From positions 192,001-256,000 of the forward strand of contig CAWDOY010000003.1 of the NCBI GenBank assembly GCA_963803975.1: a DNA stretch of 64,000 nucleotides, in the 5' to 3' direction. Position numbers and translations under genes: made by a program. Positions 57,353 through 64,000 of this stretch are shown piece after piece. Source of the stretch: an uncultured delta proteobacterium (GTDB taxonomy: Bacteria; Desulfobacterota; WTBG01; CAIYCZ01). Each line of letters starts with the position of its first letter. Within the stretch, counting starts at the first letter, position 1. The notes under the pieces were generated by a model. The model did not search any database, had not been told where the DNA came from, and saw nothing but the letters and a program-made list of their open reading frames with translations.

Positions 57353-57377
57353 TAACCCGGACAAGCCGGAACCAATG
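57353..57377 (+). repeat. Solo MITE terminal motif between livG and livF
   Basis: taacccggacaagccggaaccaatg matches the ends of the 20152 and 47516 elements. Confidence 0.65.
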
Positions 57378-57388
57378 TTAAGAGACTA

Positions 57389-58150
57389 TTAACATTCTTC
57401 ACCCAGATAAGCGCCAATAACATTCTTATTGGTCTGAATAGCAAGCGGGCAGCCTTCAGCTATTTTGTTCCCCTGGTCAATGACGATGATGTTTTCCGAG
57501 ATTTCCATGACCAGTTCCATATCGTGCTCTATGATGACAATGGTTATGCCCTGCTGCTGCAGTTTTAAAATAAGCGTTGCCAGCTCTGCAGTCTCATGCG
57601 CGTTAAGCCCTGCTGCCGGTTCATCAAGCAGCAGAATTTCCGGGTCTCCGGCAAGGGCCCGGGCGATCTCCAGCAGCCGCTGCTGGCCAAAAGGCAGGTT
57701 CCCGGCCATTTCAGGCGCCCGTTTCTCAAGCCCCACCAGCTGCAGCACTGCCATTGATGTTTCGCTGATAGCAGCCTCTTCTTTTTTAAATGCTTTAGTT
57801 CGAAACGCTGCACCGAATATCTCGGTGCGGCCTTTTTTATGGCTCCCCACCTTTACATTGTCCAGTACGGTCATATTGTCAAACAGATTCACGTTCTGAA
57901 AGGTCCTGACCATGCCCCGCGCCGCGATAGCATGCGGCTTGAGCCCGAATATCGGCTCATTTTTGAAGATTATCTGCCCTTCATCAGCTTTGAGTACGCC
58001 GCTGATCAGATTAAAGGTGGTAGTCTTGCCGGCACCATTCGGCCCGATGATGGCTGCAATTTCGTTTTTCTTAACCTCAAAGGAGAGGTCATTAACGGCA
58101 ACAATGCCGTCAAACTTTTTCAGTAAATGTTTGACAACCAGAAACGGCAT
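57389..58150 (-). CDS. livG: Branched-chain amino acid ABC ATPase
   Basis: GPNGAGKTT, RTFQ, LEIARALA, DEPAAGL, EHDM, AYLG. Confidence 0.92.
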   Translation of the reverse strand: MPFLVVKHLLKKFDGIVAVNDLSFEVKKNEIAAIIGPNGAGKTTTFNLISGVLKADEGQIIFKNEPIFGLKPHAIAARGMVRTFQNVNLFDNMTVLDNVKVGSHKKGRTEIFGAAFRTKAFKKEEAAISETSMAVLQLVGLEKRAPEMAGNLPFGQQRLLEIARALAGDPEILLLDEPAAGLNAHETAELATLILKLQQQGITIVIIEHDMELVMEISENIIVIDQGNKIAEGCPLAIQTNKNVIGAYLGEEC

Positions 58151-58238
58151 ACGGTTACTTTTTCTCTGACATGAACGGTAACCTGAGCGTGAAGTAAACG
58201 TTTGCAGTGTTTGTCTTCAGCGACCGGCAGCACGCCAC

Positions 58239-59234
58239 TCAGACAACCGGCGCATTGCGCTCTTTTATGATGAGGTGTGAAAGGGCCTGCTTAATCTTCT
58301 GCGACTGGGTAAAAATCATTACCAGAATAAGGATAATCCCGTACAGTGCCATTTCGAGGTCCGAGGTATTGAGGCTGGGAGAAAAAGAACCAAGAACTCT
58401 CAGCAGCTCAGGCAAAACAGCCAGGCTCACAGCGCCTAACAGCGCTCCCCACATGGTATGCATGCCGCCAACCACCACCATGGTGACTAACTTTATTGAA
58501 AAAACAAAATGACATACATCGTCCGGGTTAACATAAAAAAGCGGTGAGGAATGGGCATACAAATACCCGGCAAACCCTGCATATACCGCACTGAGGACAA
58601 ATGTCTTGAGTTTGCAGCGATAGGTGTTGACACCAAGAACATTGGTCACCACCTCGCTCTTATGAATTGCCAGCAGCGCCCGGCCAAAACGGGAATTGAC
58701 CAGGTTATTACTCAATATGAAAATTATGAAGGTGAGCGCCCATATGAAATAGTATTGCGTAATATCATTATCAGTAACCAGCCCCAAAAAGTTGAGCGGG
58801 GGTATGTTCGGGATGCCGCCCGGGCCACCCGTGATATCAAAAGGATTGGCCCTGAGAATTGCATGGATGATGAGCCCGATGCCGAGCGTTGCCATGGCAA
58901 GATAGTGCTCTTTTAGTTTCAGGGTTGGTATGCCAATAAGAAAGGCGAGCCCCCCTGAAACCATAATAGCCGGCACCAAAGAGAGCAGCGGGGAGATGCT
59001 GAACTGTGTTGTCAATATTGCAGAGGTGTACGCACCGGCTGCAAAAAATGCGGCATGACCAAGTGAGATCTGCCCCGCATAGCCCATAAGCAGGTTGAGA
59101 CCTATGACCGCGATGGCATAGATGCCTGCTATAGACAGAATTGCAAGATAGTAGGAGAGCTCATTCTTAAAAAAGAACGGCAGTATTATTATTACCGCAA
59201 GCAGCACGGTGTAGCGAATGGCCTGAGATTTCAT
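58239..59234 (-). CDS. livM: Branched-chain amino acid ABC permease
   Basis: GYAGQISLGHAAF, YLAMATLG, TGGPGG, SRFGRAL, VGG. Confidence 0.9.
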   Translation of the reverse strand: MKSQAIRYTVLLAVIIILPFFFKNELSYYLAILSIAGIYAIAVIGLNLLMGYAGQISLGHAAFFAAGAYTSAILTTQFSISPLLSLVPAIMVSGGLAFLIGIPTLKLKEHYLAMATLGIGLIIHAILRANPFDITGGPGGIPNIPPLNFLGLVTDNDITQYYFIWALTFIIFILSNNLVNSRFGRALLAIHKSEVVTNVLGVNTYRCKLKTFVLSAVYAGFAGYLYAHSSPLFYVNPDDVCHFVFSIKLVTMVVVGGMHTMWGALLGAVSLAVLPELLRVLGSFSPSLNTSDLEMALYGIILILVMIFTQSQKIKQALSHLIIKERNAPVV

Positions 59235-59248
59235 AGCGAACAGTATCT

Positions 59249-60112
59249 TTATCCTCTGCCAATAATTCCCTGGGGCCGCAGATAGAGAACGATAAGGAGA
59301 ATGGAGAAGGCAATGGCGTCTTTGTATCCGGAAAAGACAATATTGCCGAATGTTTCCAGAAGCCCGAGGCTTATGCCGCCGAGTATGGCGCCCGGGCCGC
59401 TTCCCAGCCCTCCCAAAATAACTGCACAGAACCCTTTAAGGCCCAGTTCTGTTCCCCGGTTCCATGAAATCTGCGTTGTCGGTGTAACCATGATGCCTGC
59501 AACCGCCCCCATAAGTGCGCTCAGCCCGAAAGACAGCAAAGACATCCGGTCCACATCAATACCTACAATATGGGCTGCCTCTCTGTTTATGGAACAGGCG
59601 CGCATGGCCTTTCCCATCACCGTGCGGCGAAAAAAAATGGACAGACAGATCATGATAATGCAGGCCACGCCCATGATCCAGAGGCTCTGCACGGAAAGGG
59701 TGGCAGTAGATATTTTAATATAATCAGGCCCGGGAAATGACTGAAAGGTAAAGCTGTCTTTGGTGACAAAGGCGGCGCACGCTTTTATGAAAATTGAAAC
59801 CCCGATGGTAATAATGATGAGGGTAACAATATTTGCGTCTTTCACCGGCCTGATGGCGATGCGCTCGATGAGCAATCCTATGATTACAACCAGCCCGATG
59901 CTGATCAGTGCTCCGATGGGAAGCGGCAGATGATAGATGTTGCAGCAGGCTGCCATGAACATCCCGCCCAGCATGAGAAATTCGCCCTGGGCGAAGTTTA
60001 TTATGCCGGTGGTGTTATAGATGATATTATAACCGAGCGCCACGAGGGCATAGATGCTGCCGATAGTCAGTCCGCTCAGGATATACTGTACGATGGTATC
60101 AGATAGAGACAT
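59249..60112 (-). CDS. livH: Branched-chain amino acid ABC permease
   Basis: GSIYALVALG, INFAQG, GKAMRA, LGGLGS, RPQG. Confidence 0.9.
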   Translation of the reverse strand: MSLSDTIVQYILSGLTIGSIYALVALGYNIIYNTTGIINFAQGEFLMLGGMFMAACCNIYHLPLPIGALISIGLVVIIGLLIERIAIRPVKDANIVTLIIITIGVSIFIKACAAFVTKDSFTFQSFPGPDYIKISTATLSVQSLWIMGVACIIMICLSIFFRRTVMGKAMRACSINREAAHIVGIDVDRMSLLSFGLSALMGAVAGIMVTPTTQISWNRGTELGLKGFCAVILGGLGSGPGAILGGISLGLLETFGNIVFSGYKDAIAFSILLIVLYLRPQGIIGRG

Positions 60113-60314
60113 GGTACATAGCTCTTTAACTTTACGGGGCCTTCACCGGCATAACCGCTGTCTGAGAGCCAAAGGATATAACACTTTGATACTGGCAAAG
60201 CAATGATAAATGAAATTTTTGGATATTGATTATTTGCCGCATTTGTATTATGATGCGCTAATTTTGTTGACTGGAAATATAACAATACCCTGTTCCTATT
60301 CTCCGCACAAAGCC

Positions 60315-62150
60315 ATGAGCGACACAAGCAGATACCGCGTATTACTGGGCAACGAAGCAATTGCCCGGGCAATTATTGAAAGCGGCTGTACGGTTTCCAC
60401 CTCCTATCCCGGAACCCCTGCATCTGAAATCCTCGAGTCCATTGCCCGGTTCCGGGATGAGGAAAACCTGAAAATCCATGTTGAGTGGTCGGTGAATGAA
60501 AAAGCCGCCTTTGAGGTTGCCCTCTCCCACAGCTACATGGGCGGCAGGGCTTCGGTTTCCATGAAACAGGTAGGTCTTAACGTAGCATCCGACTCTCTGA
60601 TGAGTGCGGCATACACCGGGACTATGGGCGGGTTTCTTATCATTGCAGCTGATGATCCCGGCCCCCACAGCTCTCAAACCGAACAGGACAGCAGAATGCT
60701 GGCCATGCTGGCAAAGGTGCCGGTGCTTGACCCGATTTCACCCGAGAATGCCATGGAACTGGTTGCACTGGGTTATCAGCTTTCGGAAAAATACAGCGTA
60801 CCGGTTATGCTCCGGCCCACCACCCGCATCTGCCACGCGCGGCAGAAGGTTTCAATCGGCGCTATAGAAAACCTTAAGCGCAAATCAAAATTCTCACGCG
60901 ATCCTAACCGCTGGGCAGCAACGCCCCGCTTCAGGTTGAAACTGCACCGGGAACTTAATGAGAAGCTGGCTGTTATCAGCGCCGAAAAAGCGTTACTCCC
61001 CAAAAGTCATCTTAAGAACCCTTCCTCCTGTAAGCACTGTATAATTTCTTCAGGGGTAGCATACGCGTATCTGTATGATATCCTCGCCGACCTGAATCTG
61101 CTTGAAGAAGTTTCCCTGTACCAGGTGCCCATGCCCTACCCCCTTTCTCTGAAAGCCCTGAACCCCGTTCTTGACCGGTTTGAAAACATTCTCGTAATCG
61201 AGGAGTCATACCCGGTCATAGAGATGCAGATAGGAAACTATAAGAAAGTCCTGGGACGGGTGAATGGCCCGGTGCCGCAGCAGGGTGAGATAACTCCTGA
61301 TGTATTATTTCCCCTGGTAAATAACTTTTTAAAGCGTCCGCACAAATCGCTCAAAATAATGAAAGAAGGGGGGCAGCGGCCAACCCTTTGCCCGGGCTGC
61401 GGTCACCGGGCGGCATTTTTTGCCATTAAAAAAGCCCTGCCCAAAGCCCTGTATCCCAGCGATATCGGCTGCTACACCCTTGGGATCAACCTTGACGCCG
61501 TCGACACCTGCCTGTGCATGGGCGCTTCGATAAACCAGGCTGCTGGTTTCTATCATTCGTTTCATATCAGCGGCAGCGAAAGCAGGTCCATCATTGCCAC
61601 TATCGGCGATTCGACTTTCATTCACTCGGGCATTACCGCCCTTATTAATTCAGTCTATAACCAGGCACGGTTTATTCTCGTAATCCTTGATAACAGCACG
61701 ACCGCTATGACCGGCAATCAGCCGACCGCGGCAACCGGCATGCTGCCTGACCGCTCACCGGGCACAAGCATCGATCTCGAGGTAATGGTGCGCGGCTGCG
61801 GGGTAGAGTTCATCAGGGTCATTGATCCGTATGAGGTGCTTGACTTTATTGTCCTGCTCAAGGAAGCGGAGCAGTATACCCGGGCAGTAGACGGCGGCAT
61901 AGCCGTCATTATCGCACGCCATGACTGTCTCATGAACAGGGATAAACTGCAGCCCCCGGAGCGGCATCCCCTGGTTGTATCAGCGGAATGTACCGGATGC
62001 CAGTACTGCATCATTAATTTTGAATGTCCTGCGCTGCAGTATGAACCAGGCAAAAAGAAGGTGGTTATTGACAGTGCGCTCTGTACCGGCTGCGCAGTAT
62101 GCCTTCACGTATGTCCGGTGAATGCAATAAAGACTAAAGGAAAAAAATGA
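60315..62150 (+). CDS. iorA: Indolepyruvate:ferredoxin oxidoreductase alpha subunit
   Basis: LLGNEAIAR, YPGTP, NEK, KQVGLNVA, LCPGCGHR, DIGCY, GDSTF.HSG, DN.TTAMTG, C-terminal ferredoxin motifs. Confidence 0.92.
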   Translation: MSDTSRYRVLLGNEAIARAIIESGCTVSTSYPGTPASEILESIARFRDEENLKIHVEWSVNEKAAFEVALSHSYMGGRASVSMKQVGLNVASDSLMSAAYTGTMGGFLIIAADDPGPHSSQTEQDSRMLAMLAKVPVLDPISPENAMELVALGYQLSEKYSVPVMLRPTTRICHARQKVSIGAIENLKRKSKFSRDPNRWAATPRFRLKLHRELNEKLAVISAEKALLPKSHLKNPSSCKHCIISSGVAYAYLYDILADLNLLEEVSLYQVPMPYPLSLKALNPVLDRFENILVIEESYPVIEMQIGNYKKVLGRVNGPVPQQGEITPDVLFPLVNNFLKRPHKSLKIMKEGGQRPTLCPGCGHRAAFFAIKKALPKALYPSDIGCYTLGINLDAVDTCLCMGASINQAAGFYHSFHISGSESRSIIATIGDSTFIHSGITALINSVYNQARFILVILDNSTTAMTGNQPTAATGMLPDRSPGTSIDLEVMVRGCGVEFIRVIDPYEVLDFIVLLKEAEQYTRAVDGGIAVIIARHDCLMNRDKLQPPERHPLVVSAECTGCQYCIINFECPALQYEPGKKKVVIDSALCTGCAVCLHVCPVNAIKTKGKK

Positions 62151-62701
62151 AAGCTAAAAAATCTCTGCAGACGCAGATACTTATTTGCGGACTGGGCGGC
62201 CAGGGGGTCTTGTTTTTAACGCGCCTCATCAATGAGGCAGCAGTCCTTATGGGAGAAGACGTCATTTCTTCAGAAACACACGGCATGGCTATGAGAGGCG
62301 GGTCAGTGGTCTCCTATGTCCGCATCGGCAATTATAAATCACCCCTCATCAGGGCCGGCCAGGCTGATATCATTCTTTCGCTGGCAGAGCAGGAACTGGC
62401 ACTATATGCACATCTTCTGAAACAGAACTGCCAGATCTATGTTAATATGCCGCGCGGGAAAAAGTTCAATTCTATTCATGCCACCCGCATAGCAGAGGGG
62501 CTGGGGGCCCCGGTAATTACCAATCTGGTGCTCCTGGGATTTGCCGCGGCGCATGCGGGATTCCCTATAGACTATAACCTGCTCAAAAAAGTCCTGAAAA
62601 ATATCAGTCCGCCACGGGTCCTGGAGATTAACACCAGGGCACTGGAGGAAGGATTTAATGCCGCCCGAAACAGCCAGGGCAGCACTGCTCCTGGCTCATG
62701 A
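62147..62701 (+). CDS. iorB: Indolepyruvate:ferredoxin oxidoreductase beta subunit
   Basis: GLGGQG, SETHGMAMRGGSV, NLVLLG. Confidence 0.9.
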   Translation: MKAKKSLQTQILICGLGGQGVLFLTRLINEAAVLMGEDVISSETHGMAMRGGSVVSYVRIGNYKSPLIRAGQADIILSLAEQELALYAHLLKQNCQIYVNMPRGKKFNSIHATRIAEGLGAPVITNLVLLGFAAAHAGFPIDYNLLKKVLKNISPPRVLEINTRALEEGFNAARNSQGSTAPGS

Positions 62702-62754
62702 TTTCTGATACTGCTTCGCTACAACCGCTAACTGTGAGAGAAAGGTAAGACACC

Positions 62755-64000
62755 ATGTTTCAGCCAGAATTTGAGTCGATGCCCCGGCCAGAGCTGCGGA
62801 AACTTCAATTGCAGCGTCTTAAGGCAACACTGGACCGTATTACCGCGCACAATCCCTTCTATGCGGAGAAGCTTACCGGACTCTCATCCCGGGATATCAC
62901 CGCTCTTGAAGATATTCAGAAATTCCCCCTGATGACCAAAGATGATCTGCGCGTTGGCTATCCGTATAAATACGCGTGCGCTGATCAGCGGGAGTTCATG
63001 CGCATGCATATGAGTTCCGGCACCACCGGCACCCCGATCATAAACCCCTATACGCCGCACGATATCAGGCAGTGGGGAAACATCATGGCGCGCTGCTACG
63101 CAGCGGCAGGTATCGGCGAGCAGCGATGTAATACAGATTACCCCGTCATTCGGGCTTTTTAACGGCGGTTTTGGATTTCACTATGGTGCGGAGACGCTGA
63201 AGGCAATGATTATACCGATCGGCGCAGGCCGGACTCTGCTGCAGCTGCAGTTTATCAAAGACTTTAACGTCACTGCCATAACAGCAATTGCGTCCTACCC
63301 GCTGCGGCTGACCGAGGTGGCAAAAAAAGAGAATTTTGATTTCAGATCAACAAAACTCCGTGTCGGCATATTTGGCGCAGAGGTGTGGAGCGATGAGATG
63401 CGCAAACGCATCGAGGATGAGATGGGCATTGAGACCTTTGATATAATCGGCATGACCGAGACCGGCGGTGTCGGCCTCGGTATTGATTGCAAAGCGCACA
63501 GCGGCATCCACGTCTGGGAGGATGATTATTTAGTTGAGATAATTAATCCGGAAACCGGCGAGGTGCTTGGCGAGGGACAGGAAGGCGAAATGGTTGTGAC
63601 CACGCTGAACCGTGAGGGACTGCCGCTTATACGCTACCGGACGCGGGATGTCACCTCAGTCATAACTACCGGGAAATGCATTTGCGGCAGGACCTCGCTG
63701 CGCGTCAACCGGCTCAAAGGCAGAAATGATGATATGCTTAAAATAAAGGGCGTCAATTTTTATCCCCAGCAGCTTGAAAGCACCCTCATGAAGCACGCGG
63801 AAATCGGGAATCACTACCAGATAGTTCTTGAGAAGACCAAGGGCCGGGACACCATGACGGTTATGATTGAAACTAAGGCAGAAGTGAACTCCAACCTGTC
63901 AAAGGAAATTGATACTGAAATCTATGACCGGCTCGGGTTTCATGTGGACAAACTTGATTTTCTGCCTGAAGGAACGCTGCCTCGAACCCCCGGTAAAGCA
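62755..64000 (+). CDS. paaK: Phenylacetate-CoA ligase, frameshift near 63120, runs to the window end
   Basis: QLQRLK, TKDDLR, HMSSGTTG, then in the shifted frame GLFNGGFGFHYG, FGAEVW, GMTE, IRYRTRD, GRNDDM, GVN. Confidence 0.88.

Noticed and set aside
60210..60314. N-terminal extension of IorA in the ORF track
   Set aside because: This is AT-rich divergent promoter sequence; similarity to IorA starts just after the ATG at 60315.

Overview
Bacterial chromosomal window whose gene content points to an anaerobic Gram-negative deltaproteobacterium (Desulfobacterota-like; an inference). It is mostly housekeeping: plsX, hup, ftsY, smc, scpAB, xerD, murI, an EF-G paralogue, panE, rluB, htrA, opp and liv ABC transporters, a glcD/glcF-like pair, and iorAB-paaK. 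Many genes are broken by single-base indels, which look like assembly errors, so several calls are stitched across frames. The most notable feature is an NtrY-like sensor kinase followed by a single 729-aa ORF that fuses an NtrX-like response regulator (intact receiver, degenerate AAA+ domain) to a complete LpxC. This is a candidate two-component-gated enzyme for the committed step of lipid A synthesis. Other highlights: a canonical 28-bp dif site at 54089-54116 (probable replication terminus) near xerD and scpAB; tandem NrdR-like boxes upstream of smc; an operon encoding Tat-signal-bearing AmrS radical SAM and DUF362 proteins; an unassigned protein with a two-fold internal repeat; an outer-membrane barrel gene inside a liv operon next to ior-paaK; and several families of MITE/REP-like intergenic repeats. 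I saw no rRNA, tRNA, CRISPR array, transposase or prophage.
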